Source: Octopus sinensis
Lineage: Eukaryota
Reading direction: 5' to 3'
Assembly (NCBI RefSeq): GCF_006345805.1
Contig: NC_043000.1
Span: 47,988,001-48,052,000 of the forward strand
Length of the DNA: 64,000 nt
A model generated the notes under the pieces. That model was not told the origin of the DNA, ran no database searches, and saw only the letters and a program-made list of their open reading frames with translations. The position numbers were made by a program, and so were the translations under genes. Positions 27,127 to 40,154 of this stretch are shown piece after piece (within the stretch, counting starts at the first letter, position 1; each line of letters opens with the position of its first letter).

Positions 27127-27199
27127 ACCAATAGTGTTCTCTTCTGTATTAAACATGCTTGCAATAGCTGAAGAATATCAGCAAGTAAAGAAAATTTCC
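27127..27199 (-). CDS. Candidate coding exon: [24 protein letters not shown](V); product unknown
   Basis: Strong acceptor (GTGTTTCTCTACAG|G) and donor (GT|GTAAGC). Only one frame is open and it gives an amphipathic-looking peptide. Confidence 0.35.
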
Positions 27200-27249
27200 C
27201 TGTAGAGAAACACCGAGTTCTGTACGTAAGTATTCCATGCCTGTCTTGC

Positions 27250-27676
<427 letters not shown>

Positions 27677-27929
27677 TTTATTGTTACCTTTTACTTTTAT
27701 CAGTCATTAGAGTGTGGCCATGCTGGAGCACTGCCTTGATGAATTTTTAGTCGAATGATTCTACTCCAGTACTTATTTTTTTGTTAAGCCTGGCACTTAT
27801 GCTATCGGTCTCTTTTTGTCAAGCCAAGTTATGGGGATGTAAACACACAAATACCAGTTGTCAAGCAGTGGTGGGAGACAAACTCAGAGACAAAGATACA
27901 CATACATAGATGTTTGTATATATGCATGT

Positions 27930-28334
27930 GTATTGGCTGTGTGGTAAGTAGCTTGCTAACCAACCACATGGTTCCGGGTTCAGTCCCACTGCGTGGCATC
28001 TTGGGCAAATGTCTTCTGCTATAGCCCCGGGCCGACCAATGCCTTGTGAGTGGATTTGGTAGACGGAAACTGAAAGAAGCCTGTCGTATATATGCATATA
28101 TAGATGTGTGTGTGTGTTTGTATTTCTGTGTTTGTCCCCCTAGCATTGCTTGACAACCGATGCTGGTATGTTTACGTCCCCGTCACTTAGCGGTTCGGCA
28201 AAAGAGACCGATAAAATAAGTACTGGGCTTACAAAGAATAAGTCCCGGGGTCGATTTGCTCGACTAAAGGCGGTGCTCCAGCATGGCCGCAGTCAAATGA
28301 CTGAAACAAGTAAAAGAGTAAAAGAGTAAAAGAG

Positions 28335-28335
<1 letters not shown>
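27930..28335 (+). mobile_element. SINE family A, full-length representative
   Basis: Complete head, core, short internal TA/TG tract, 3' half and (AAAAGAGT)n tail. Confidence 0.85.
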
Positions 28336-28394
<59 letters not shown>

Positions 28395-28428
28395 TATTAT
28401 ATATATACATACATATATATTATATATA

Positions 28429-28469
<41 letters not shown>

Positions 28470-28479
<10 letters not shown>

Positions 28480-28800
28480 GTGTAGGAAGAAATGGAGCTG
28501 AACGAAGATTTAACAAAATTCCTTTTTATTATTTTCTACATATGTTTCAAAGGCTGCAAAGTCCCTAATTTGGATTGAATAAGGAGTCCATAATAAAAAG
28601 GAATTTTGTTAAATCTTCGTTCAGCTCCATTTCTTCCTACACTAAATATATAAAACTTCAAATTTCCGCACTAAGGCACGGATTTTAGGCCCCATGGTCG
28701 TAACCTCAACCGTGCTTTTTCTGTTGTGATTTTTGCTACCCAGGCGTCGGTTATCATTTGAATAATCCGTAATAAGATAATTCATTTATCTACTTTAATA
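28470..28800. mobile_element. Miniature Penelope-like element: 63-bp perfect inverted arms around a half-hammerhead, plus 3' tail; relative of 38505-40455
   Basis: Arms are 28470-28532 and 28590-28652. Arm, loop and tail (28653-28800) are visibly homologous to 38505-38620 and 40304-40455. It is flanked by (TA)n. Confidence 0.7.
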
Positions 28801-28814
28801 ATATATATATATAT

Positions 28815-30240
28815 ATCATCATCATCATCATCATCATCATCATCGTTTAACGTCCGTTTTCCATGATAGCATGGGTTGGACGGTTCGACCGGGGATCTGG
28901 GAAGCCAGAAGGCTGCACCAGGCTCCAGTCTTATCTGGCAATGTTTCTACAGCTGGATGCCCTTCCTAACGCCAACCACTCCGTGAGTGTAGTGGGTGCT
29001 TTTTACGTGCCACCTGCACAGGTGCGAGGTGAGGCTGGCAACGGCCACAGTCGGATTGGTGTATTTTATGTGCCACCGGCACGGAAGCCAGTCGAGGCGG
29101 CGCTGGCATCGGCCACGAGTCGGATAGTGCTTTTTACGTACCACCAGACCAGGGATCCTGGCTGGTTCAGTTCGATTTCGATTTCGCTTTCGCTTGCCCC
29201 AACATGTCCTCGCAAGCAAAGGGGGTTGGCATGGGTGCCTGTCATCGGATGAGGTTCTATATCGACTTCGCTTGCCCCAACAGGTCTTTGTGTCCAAGGG
29301 AGGAAAGGCATTCATAAGTGGGCTGGGCTCACTTGTCCTGCCTGGTCTTCTCACGTACAGCATATTTCCAAAGGTCTCGGTCTCTGGTCATTTCCTCAGT
29401 GAGGCCTAAAGTTCGAAGGTCGTGCTTCACCACCTCGTCCCAGGTTTTCCTGGGTCTACCTCTTCCACAGGTTCCCTCAACTGCTAGGGATTGACACTTT
29501 TTCCCACACCTATCTTCATCCATTCTCGCCACATGGCCATACCAGCGCAATCGTCTTTCTTGCACACCACAACTGATGCTCCTTAGGTCCAACATTTCTC
29601 TCAGGGTACTAACACTCTGTCGAGCATGCACACTGACATTACACATCCATCGGAGCATACTGGCTTCATTTCTCGCGAGCTTACGCATGTCCTCAGCAGT
29701 CATGGCCCATGTTTCACTGCCATGTAGCATGGATGTTCGTACACATGCATCATACAGTCTGCCTTTTACTCTGAGCGAGAGGCCTTTAGTCACCAACAGA
29801 GGTAAGAGCTCCCTAAACTTTGCCCAGGCTATTCTTACTCTAGCCGTTACACTTTCAGCACACCCACCCCCACTACTGACTTGGTCACCAAGATAACGGA
29901 AGCTATCAACTACTTCTAGTTTTTCCCCCCGGAAAGTGACGGAAGTTGTTTTCTGCAGATTTTCAGAGGTTAATGCTCCCGAGCATCTGCCACATACAAA
30001 AACCATCTTCCTAGTTAGCCTTCCTATGACATTGCTGCACCTCTTATGTGTCCATAGCTTACACTTGGTGCATCTTATAGAGTTTCTATCTATACCTTTT
30101 CTACAGATCGAGCAGGGCCATCTACCTGAAGGCGTTTGTAATTTGTCTACCTTCCTACTTATTACAACTTTGGTTTTAGCTAGATTGACTCTAAGGCCCT
30201 TCGATTCTAAACCTTGCTTCCACACCTGAAACTTCTTCAG
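28815..30240 (-). mobile_element. RTE-clade LINE, 5'-truncated copy (RT C-terminal half with PHD-like finger, 3' UTR, (GAT)n tail)
   Basis: ORF 29329-30240 is nearly identical in protein to 9135-9932 and open to the stop. The proximal 3' UTR differs from the 7.3-kb copy. Confidence 0.92.
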
Positions 30241-30273
30241 GTATATATATATATATATAATATATATATATAT

Positions 30274-30315
<42 letters not shown>

Positions 30316-30363
30316 TATATACACATAATATATATACACACACACACACACATATATATATAT

Positions 30364-30407
<44 letters not shown>

Positions 30408-30765
30408 GCAGGAGTGGCTGTGTGGTAAGTAGCTTGCTTACCAACCACATGGTTCCGGGTTCAGTCCCACTGCGTGGCACCTTGTGCAAGTGTCTTCTAC
30501 TATAGCCTCGGGCCGAGCAAAGCCTTGTGAGTGGATTTGGTAGATGGAAACTGAAAGAAGCCTGTCGTATATATGTATATATATATATGCGTGTGTGTGT
30601 TTGTTCCCCTAGCATTGCTTGACAACCGATGCTGGTGTGTTTATGTCCCCGTTATTTAGCGGTTCGGCAAAAGAGACCAATAGAATAAGTACTGGGCTTA
30701 CAAAAGAATAAGTCCCGGGGTCGAGTTGGCCGCAGTCAAATGACTGTAACAAGTAAAAAGAGTAT
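30408..30765 (+). mobile_element. SINE family A
   Basis: Sequence identity with other copies. Confidence 0.8.
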
Positions 30766-30777
30766 ACACACACACAC

Positions 30778-30838
<61 letters not shown>

Positions 30839-33800
30839 TACATATATATATTCATACACAAAAAGCACCATCCGCTCGTGGCCGTTTGACAGCCTCGTCT
30901 GGCACGTAAGAAGCACCCACTACACTCATGGAGTGGTTGGCATTAGGAAGGGCATCCAGCCATAGAAACATTGCCAGATCAGACTGGGCCTGGTGCAGCC
31001 TTCTGGCTTCCCAAACCCCAGTTGCACCGTCCAACCCATGCCAGCATGGAAAGCGGACGCTAAACGATGATGATGATGATGATGATGATGATGATATATG
31101 ACAGGTTTCTTCCAGTTTCCATCTACCAAATCCACTAGCAAGGCTTTGGATAGCCCAAGGTGCCATGCAGTGGAACTCAGCCCAGAACCATGTAGTTGGG
31201 AAGCAAGCTTCCTACCACACAGCTATGCTTGTGCCTATATATATATAGGCGCAGGAAGGGCTGTGTGGTAAGTAGCTTGCTTACCAACCACATGGTCCTG
31301 GGTTCACTGCGTGGCACCTTGGGTAAGTGTCTTCTGCTATAGCCTCAGGCCGACCAAAGCCTTGTGAGTGGATTTGGTAGATGGAAACAGGAAGAAGCCC
31401 ATTGTATATGTGTATATATGTGTATGTATGTGTGTGTATGTGTGTGTGTGTTTGTGTGCGTGTATGTTTGTCATTTCAGCATCGCTTGACAACTGATGCT
31501 GGTGTGTTTACGTCCCCGTAAATTAGCGGTTCGGCAAAAGAGACCGATAGAATAAGTACTAGGCTTACAAAGATTAAGCTCTGGGGTCGATTTGCTCGAT
31601 TATTAAGACAGTGTTCCAACATGACCGCAGTCAAATGACTGAAACAAGTAAAAGAATAAAGAGTAAAAGAGTTTATGTATATGCATGCATGCATACACAC
31701 ACGTGCATGCCCATATATATAATTTATCTTAAGATATATTCATCAGTCACTTTGCCCTACCAGCATAGGTTAATCAACAATATGTAAACCATGCTGTATA
31801 TTATTTTATTTCTATTTATATTTTACACCAGTTTTTCTTTAGTTTATCTATCTGCTTACATCTTTATATTGATACTATACACTGACATAATTGGGCCAAT
31901 ATGTTCATCTGGAGATACAAGGTTGTTGTGATGCTAAGTTTCATCTAAATCTATGTTTCTTTTCTGTTTTTGTAAAACATCTGGGGGGTTTTTTTTGTTC
32001 TATTTTTGCTTCTCAAACACATAAATTTTAGTAAACTGCAATTTTGTAAAAACAATTTGTTTCTGTATGTAAATCAAACATATTTCTTGTGACTTTTTAT
32101 AAACAAAACAAATTGTCTTTCCTGTAAAACCAAATATCTTTAACTGTTTAATTTCTTAAACCCATCAGGCATCAACTATAATTTTGTCAAAGGAGGTAAA
32201 ACTTTGCTTATGATCTTTGTAGGTCCCCTAAGGCTGGTGAAATTAATGTTTAGATATCAAACAGGTTAGTGGGTTGGAAAAGAAATTTAGAGGGATGCTT
32301 CAAAGGGGTAGAAGGATCAGACACAGATAGAGGATACAGACAAGATGAAAGGGAAAGACTACTAGTTTGGGTGACCCTAATTGAATGATGTTTGAAGGAT
32401 GGGGGAGTATTGAGTTAGAGGTGCTTGAATGATGATGATGTACAGTAAGGGGAGACTACTGGGTTAGGTGGACCTATTCGTGAATGGTATAAGTAGAGGA
32501 GACAGAGCGGGAAGGGAACAGGAGTCAACTAGATTAAATGGACATGACTGAAGGTGGTATATAGTAAGGGGAGACTACTGGGTTAGATGGACATGGTTGG
32601 GTGGTAGGACATAGAAATGTTGAGTAAGGAAGAATATAGAAGAAAGAAAGAGAAGAAAAGATGGATGGTGACAGAGTCTATAAGAGAAGGAAGTGGATGA
32701 CATGATAGAGAGAGAGACATAGAAAGGGAGAGCCACAGAAAGGGAGAGAATGAAAGAGAAAGGTAGTGAGGGGAAAGAATGAAAGGAGAGAGAGAGGAGA
32801 CGGGTGTGTAAGAGTGGGAATGATAAGGCAGGAAAAGAAGTTAAAAGAGGGAAGGAAGAGAGAGAGAGAGACAGACAGAGAAAGAATAGGTGTGGAAGTG
32901 AGAGCAAAAGGGGGAGAAAAATATGGAGAGAATAATGAAGAGGATGGGAGGAGGGGGAAAGGAAAATTAAAGAGACGTCATTTTATTATGTCACTGCATG
33001 CAGATATAAATATATAAACATTGCATGCTAACATACACTGCTGTACTAATGCACTGCGGCATGGACAGATGTGCCCACTCATGACCCTTCACATATATAT
33101 ATATATACAAGAATAGATTAATACTGTAATTACACAACTGCAGTGTAACAGCTATATATATTTATACACACAGGAAAAGATTAACACTGCGTGCACTACT
33201 GCCCTGTAATATGTATGCAGATGCACCACGCTCTGCGCTCTGGCATGCATGCGACCATACAAATACATCCATCAGTAGATTAATATTGCATGCTCCACTG
33301 CACTGTAACATGCGTACGCATGCAACATGCACACACGCCTCATACACACATACATGCCCCCATATGCCTTTGTAGATGCATGTTTGCACATTATCCCGAT
33401 TACACATGCAAGGAAAGATTAATATATGCCATGAGGTGCAGCATACGTACACATACACACACACGCATGCACACACACACACACACACACACATGCACGC
33501 ACACACACACACACATACACACAGAGTAACAGATACAGAGACAGACAGACTCACTCATATACGCATGCATCGATATATTAACACACACACCATGCACTGC
33601 AACACGCTCGCACGCACATACATGCATGCATACTCGCGACTATACAGTTACGTATGCAAAGGTGCACGCACTCACCATTCTCTCAAAAGCACAAAAACAT
33701 GCTTAAACAGATTAGCAAATCTAATATATATATATTCGACCGTATATATATATACTCACAAACAAACAAGCAAGCACACGTAATTACATCCATACATACA

Positions 33801-35392
33801 TACATGTATACATACACTCGCTTACATACATACACACGCACGCATACACACATACCTGTCCTACAACTCGTGGGCGCACGCACACACACACACCTGTCCC
33901 ACTGAACATATACACATACGAAAGAGTACGGTTACGAAAGCATACATGCGTCAGTCACAACATATACATCACATCACATACATCACTCACTCTGGCGCGC
34001 TAACTCATACATTCATATCGCGCATACAAAATACGTTGATATACAAACGATTGTTGACATATACGTACACACATACACACACACACACACATTTACACTT
34101 GCTCGCAAAAATAATTAATACGTATCATGCATTCACGCACACACATAGATGCACAGTGGTGCATAATATATATATATCACATTTAAAGATAAGCACATCT
34201 CAAGCGTCTGACACATAGAAACGCATACAGTTGTTTGCGGAGGCAGAGATAGAAAGTATTACACCACACAAATCTTGCAGTCCAATACGCTGCACACATA
34301 GGCATTATTATGCATCGAAACATACGCCTGTAGATTAGTACGACCCATGCACTACTGCACTTTAGCATTCATGCATATTATGATAAGGATTAGCATGCCC
34401 TATTCAGATTTGTGCATAGATACGCTTGTTCGGATACGCATACGGGAAGGGATTAACGCTGTTCACTCGCTACAGTCCCCTAATGTGCACGCGCAAGCGC
34501 TCTTTTCTTATATACACTCGCATACTCGCATCAACAGATTATCTCATCATGCAGTTTAGCACACACACACACACACACACACAGGCGCGCGCGTATGCAC
34601 TATCTCACCTGTATAGCTATAAGCAGATTAACACACCTTATGCAATCAAGCACACAGACACACATACACACACACACTTGCTATTTCTTTCTTTCCCTCC
34701 GTCTCTCTCTCTCTCTCTCTCTCTTCTGCTCGCTCGCTTGCAGGCTCATATGTATGCGAAGAGATTAGGACACCTGATGCACACTTAAATATGCAAGCAT
34801 GTACTCTAACTCACATACACTTACGTGAAAAAAAATCAACACATCATTTCCGTTGACACACAAACATTCACACATGCGTATACAACGTAATTTGTTGCAC
34901 TGTTTAAAATCATCACTTTGTGCCTTTAGTTGCATCCACTCTGTTGCGAACAATGCTAGAAATAGGGAGATTGGGTAAGCAAGGGGTGGTATTCAACTTT
35001 TCAACTCACGGAGTTACAGTGGCCTTTAGGGTAATGTCTCACCTTTCCAGCATCTGCCTCTCATACAGACCTTAGCAAACCTCTAGCTCCTTTTTCTATA
35101 CTATTTCCGTCACCGGTTGCAAACATTTGGACTGAATCGCTAGTCAGTGCTTTAGACTCGCTCGGCATTGCAACAGATCTGAAACTGAATCGACAAATTG
35201 CCAAGTAAAAGCTACAGTTTAGTAACAGCTACTTCATGTGGTCGGCCGATTAACTGACCAATCAACATTGGTTCAGTGGGACAGGTGTGTGAGCGTGCGC
35301 GCACGAGTTGTAGGACAGGTATGTGTGTATGCGTGCGTGTGTATGTATGTAAGCGAGTGTATGTATATATGTATGTATGTATGGATGTAATC

Positions 35393-35740
35393 AAATAAGG
35401 ATGTTTGCAAAAGGGACATGAAGGCCTGCAACATCAATATTAGCGGTTGGGAGGCAGTTGCCGGCAACCGTGGAGGATGGCGACGTACCGTAAAAGAGGG
35501 AATACAAAGGAGTGACAGAGAGAGAGAGAGGAGAAGACGTCAACAAGAGACTATGGCACTACAACCAGCCAGGAACAGTCTTCGCTACATTTGCGGTACC
35601 TGCCAGAGGGAGTGTTTGTCCAGGATAGGACTACACAGCCACAACAGGAAATGTATCAGGACATGAAATATAAGAGCCGGACTAGACTACTTCGTGCGCA
35701 ACTCCATTGTTTCCCGAGACAGAAAGGATGCCAACCAACC
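35393..35740 (+). mobile_element. RTE (BovB-like) LINE 3' fragment with terminal zinc-finger-like motif
   Basis: DMKACNINISGWEAVAGNRGGWRRTV...YICGTCQRECLSRIGLHSHNRKC, followed by a short 3' UTR (TTTCCCGAGACAGAAAGGATGCC). Confidence 0.75.
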
Positions 35741-36404
35741 AACATCGTGACAACGCGTGATGCAACTTTCTAGAATCGGCTAGCACGTCTTTTAACGAAG
35801 CTTATAAATAGGCATGATTTAGCCACCAAATTTCAGTTTGTGGAGAAACGCCGCCGTGCAAACCACTTTCTCATTTTGCAGCATTCAACGGTCGTTCTAA
35901 TGACTCCTTACTCAACCGAGTAGACAGCAGTTGTAGTGTTGCATTCATGAACACAGCGTGGTATTTTCTCCTGTCGTGACAGTATATTCACAAAGCCTAC
36001 TCAACCAACTGCTTTGTAATAAATACAGAATTGTCCTTTCACTGCATAAACTTTGTTGTATTTTTAATTTAAGACTAACATAGAAAATACTTTGTGTGGT
36101 GAATAAATTGTTAACGAGTGTCGTACATCATTATACGCAGCCAGAATCTAAATCAACTACCAGCATTTCACATCTTTCGTTAATACCATAACCTCGTAAA
36201 AGTTGGTGACCCACGATGGAGTAAGCTAGCAAACATCCGTCACAATTTGCCATCCTTGACATAAGCTACGTCGGATCTTTTCTGTTGGGGTTCCGCTTTT
36301 TTTTTCCGTAAATGATTTCAAATTTGGTGCATTGATATAGTTTTGTATGATAGTTATTGAAATGCAATTCATTTTCGCCATAAATCAATATATAAACAGT
36401 TAAT

Positions 36405-36746
36405 AGCTCTTTACTCTTTTACTTGTTTCAGGCATTTGACTGTGGCCATGCTGGAGCACCGCCTTATTCTATCGGTCTCTTTTTGATGTAAACACACCAG
36501 TATCGGTTGTCAAGCGATGTTGGATGGACAAACACAGACACACAAACATATATATATATTATATATGTTTGTGTGCCTGTGTTTGTCCATCCAACATACG
36601 ACGGGCTTCTTTCAGTTTACCATAGCCTCGTCAAAGTTGGTGACCCACGTGGGTCACCAACTTTGACGAGGCTATGGTAAACTGAAAGAAGCCCGTCGTA
36701 TATATGTGTATATATATATATATACACGACGGGCTTCCCCGTCGTA

Positions 36747-36788
<42 letters not shown>

Positions 36789-36970
36789 ATATGTATAAGG
36801 GTGAAAAGGAACACACGTATATACACGACGGGCTTCTTTCAGTTTCCGTCTAATAAATCCACTCACAAGCCTTTGGTCGGGATGAAGACACTTGCCCAAG
36901 GTACCACGCAGTGGGAATGAACCCGGAACCATGTGGTTTTGAGCAAGCTACTTACCACACAGCCACTCCT
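36405..36970 (-). mobile_element. SINE family A containing stacked palindromic rearrangements
   Basis: SINE ends are recognisable. Internal inverted duplications lie at 36517-36597, 36596-36701 and 36726-36745. Confidence 0.75.
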
Positions 36971-38221
36971 ACGCTCCCAAAATTTGCAAATTTTGGGTAA
37001 GTTTAACCATTCAAAAGCCAAAGACAAATTGGTGCCTGTTTCCATTGTAACAAGCCAAGCTTGTGGAACTCTTTTGTATAACACTCGAGGAAATTGTACT
37101 TCATATTTTTCATTGCTCTTTTTTTTTTTTTATTCTAAATTTATTTTAATCAGAGTTTAAAATACGGAAGTCCGAAATTTTGGCTTAAATCCCAGCCATA
37201 GACTATTAAATGTTTTATGGGGAGAAAGATACCGAAGAATATCAACATGTCAGAATGGTAAACGAACGAGTACGGCATGAGGTGGTCGTAAGATGTGCTA
37301 AAAGTAACAGCCAAATACCGCTTAACTTATACTTTTTTTTTATATAGTCGTATGAATTCCCACGTGTAGAACACAAACTCGCAAAGATTTTCTGAAAACT
37401 CTCCAAAAAATACATATATATATATATATATATACGAAGGGTTATATGATGTGCTTAAAGCAGAATTCCTCTCTTTGAAGTTCGTTTATTCCTGGTCATT
37501 TTTCGTATTTAAATGCTTCAAGGAAACTATATTTCCGTTGGTTTTTCATTTGCTAATTCTATTTACCATTTGTAATTTTTGGCACAAGAAATGTTATGCA
37601 TTCATACATACATAATATTAACACACACAAACGCGCACATATAATTTGTGTGTTAAAATCTTTGAAGTGTGTTTAATTTTTATTATCATATTTCGCATTA
37701 AGTGCTTATAAAATGCTTAAAACATGTTTTCTAGCTGTAATGTTGCCATGAATACTTTGTCGTCACGCACAAAATGACAGCTCCCAAATCCTGTTTTCTG
37801 ATTGGGTAAAAATTATCAAACTTCAAATCTCTGTAACTTTTTTTTTTTCCTCATTCTGGAACAAGTGAATAGCGACCTGAGAGTCAGCGTAAAAAAAAAA
37901 AAATTACATCAATACTACACCAAATTTGGAAATCTTTACTTAATTTTAAAATTTCTAAAAGTGAATGCAAACAGAAAAGATCCGCTACACAACAATGGTT
38001 ACGAACAGTCCTGCTGACCCCGAGACAAATAATTTTTGCTGCTATTTCATTCAGGAGTATCTAACTCAAGGGTCGGCGAACTAGGGTAAATTATCCCAAG
38101 TGAAGTAAAAATGAAATTCTTGGGGACATTGAGAACTCATTAGACATAAGTAAAATTATATATATATATATATAATTTTACTTATGTCTAATGAGTTCTC
38201 ATTGCCCCCAAGAATTTCATT

Positions 38222-38487
38222 GGTTACGGCAGCGGACTCGCGGTTTCGATTCCCAGACCGGGCGTTGTGAGTGTTTATTGAGCGAAAACACCTAAAAGCT
38301 CCACGACGCTCCGGCAGAGGGGTGGGGTGATCCCTGCTGTACTCTTTCACCACTCTTTCTCCCACTCTTTTCTCTGTTGGCCTGCTCGCTTAGCCAGTGG
38401 GGTGGCGTCATTCGAAGGCTAAATCAATGCGAACACATTGTGACCAGCGATGTGTAACAACATCTGATGGTCTGGTCGATCACGTGA
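38222..38487 (+). mobile_element. SINE family C (5' end clipped)
   Basis: Matches the reverse complement of 11338-11630. Confidence 0.75.
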
Positions 38488-38560
38488 TATATATATGTAT
38501 ATATATATAATTAGTGAATTGAAGAAATGGAGCTGAACGAAGATTGAACAGAAATCGTTT

Positions 38561-38653
38561 TATTTCATTCTACACGTGTTTCGAAAGGCACAATTTACCA
38601 AAATCCGATTGAATAATGAGACCATATTGTGTCTTTCTCTTCAGGAAGAAATA
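38561..38653 (-). ncRNA. Type I hammerhead ribozyme (sense to the GIY-YIG ORF, downstream of it)
   Basis: Exact reverse complement of 40155-40247. Confidence 0.8.
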
Positions 38654-39331
38654 GGAAATCCGTTGGAAAAAACAAAAACAGAACAGAGGCGGAGCAAAAC
38701 AAATCGAACTAGGCTCCTAAGAGCCCATGGCCAAACTGTTTATCAGTGTATGTTGAGAACGGGTGGTGGGTGCGTTGAAGATTTTAACGGGTCAGGCAGC
38801 GGTCATTCCTGTGGGTGAGGGCACGGGGTGTGTAGATGTTCTTTGTGACCGAGAGTAAAGTTCTGACTATTTAAAGAATATTGGATGTATTATATGGGGC
38901 GAGACAAAATCTACTTAGAGACTTGTGTGTGTTTACTGTTCTATATATGTGTGCTGGCGCAAGTTGGTAAGAAGCGCTATTTTCTGGTCACTGCTGAGAA
39001 CTCCGTCAAGGGGTAGAAAACATTTTTTGTGTACGTGTGTGCGTTTGATCGCGCGGCTGTCAGTTGTTAGACAGCTCTACACAATGGTCACTGCAGTAAA
39101 AACCGTCGGGCGGCAGAAAAATATTTTATGTTTTATGTGTGCGTGTGTTCGTCTAATCATGCCTTGTCAAAGAAACCCCCCGTCGTCAAAAACAAAGCCC
39201 CATTCATCTCACAGGAGTAATTCCCCTTGCAGTGGTTAGTCATATATCTCTTAAAGGCTTTTTCAGAATTTATTACCAAGGGCTATTTTCATATAAGTAG
39301 TGTAACCGGGTGCAGGTATTATTTATAAGCG

Positions 39332-39904
39332 TTATTTATAAGCAAGATAAGTATAACGCCGCCAATGGGGGCATCGAAAAGCCGACTGTAAAAGTCCGTT
39401 TACCATCCGGTCTCTGGCGAACAATATATGGAAGAGTTCGGAGACACAAAGGTTGCACTTCCTTCTGCCCCTATCAAATGGGAGGGCCACCGACAAAATT
39501 GACCATTCCAGCCTGTAGCTTGAGTTCGTATTCTTCAATCGCCATATTAGCTTGCTGAGTCCCGTGGTCTGGCGTTTATTCATGTCTCGAAAAGTTGCGT
39601 AATGGTTGGAGATTCGTAAAGCCAATCTTGACGATGAGGCCCCTACATAAGCGTAGACATCTGAGTCCGTGTAAACCTTGCATTGGTAGACGGCGTTTCT
39701 GCTCTTGGAGTTCGCCGAAATGAATCTTATTCTGCTAGGATTAGTTTCTGAAATTAGAACTGCGTTACTGTCACTATATTTGTTGCGAGAACTGCAGCCG
39801 CTTACTACTTTATTTTCCACTACGTCACTATTAACTAACGGAATAACCCCTGATTCTCCACTATCTATGAGAGTGCTGTCATTGCTAGTGCCCGTATAAT
39901 ACAT
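39332..39904 (-). CDS. GIY-YIG endonuclease of Penelope-like type (190 aa, no RT)
   Basis: NAVY...YVG motifs, Arg in LRISNH, T.LSK.IW.LK, LEWSIL, CNLCVSE (Glu), MVN (Asn) and a terminal CPH. Uninterrupted frame. Confidence 0.8.
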   Translation of the reverse strand: MYYTGTSNDSTLIDSGESGVIPLVNSDVVENKVVSGCSSRNKYSDSNAVLISETNPSRIRFISANSKSRNAVYQCKVYTDSDVYAYVGASSSRLALRISNHYATFRDMNKRQTTGLSKLIWRLKNTNSSYRLEWSILSVALPFDRGRRKCNLCVSELFHILFARDRMVNGLLQSAFRCPHWRRYTYLAYK

Positions 39905-40154
39905 CCCGCCCCATATAATACATCCAATATTCTTTAAATAGTCAGAACTTTACTCTCGGTCACAAAGAACATCTACACACCCCGTGCCCTCACCCACAGG
40001 AATGACCGCTGCCTGACCCGTTAAAATCTTCAACGCACCCACCACCCGTTCTCAACATACACTGATAAACAGTTTGGCCATGGGCTCTTAGGAGCCTAGT
40101 TCGATTTGTTTTGCTCCGCCTCTGTTCTGTTTTTGTTTTTTCCAACGGATTTCC

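Noticed and set aside
32280-34950. Purine-rich then CA/GCAT-rich strand-biased tract with many short ORFs
   Set aside because: It is degenerate low-complexity sequence. Only loose GGGAGACTACTGGG repeats were seen, with no coding signal.
38576-38818. Duplicated 80-aa ORF (also 39990-40232, minus)
   Set aside because: It has a GTG start, is antisense to the hammerhead and shows no recognisable motif. The identity simply reflects the inverted repeat.
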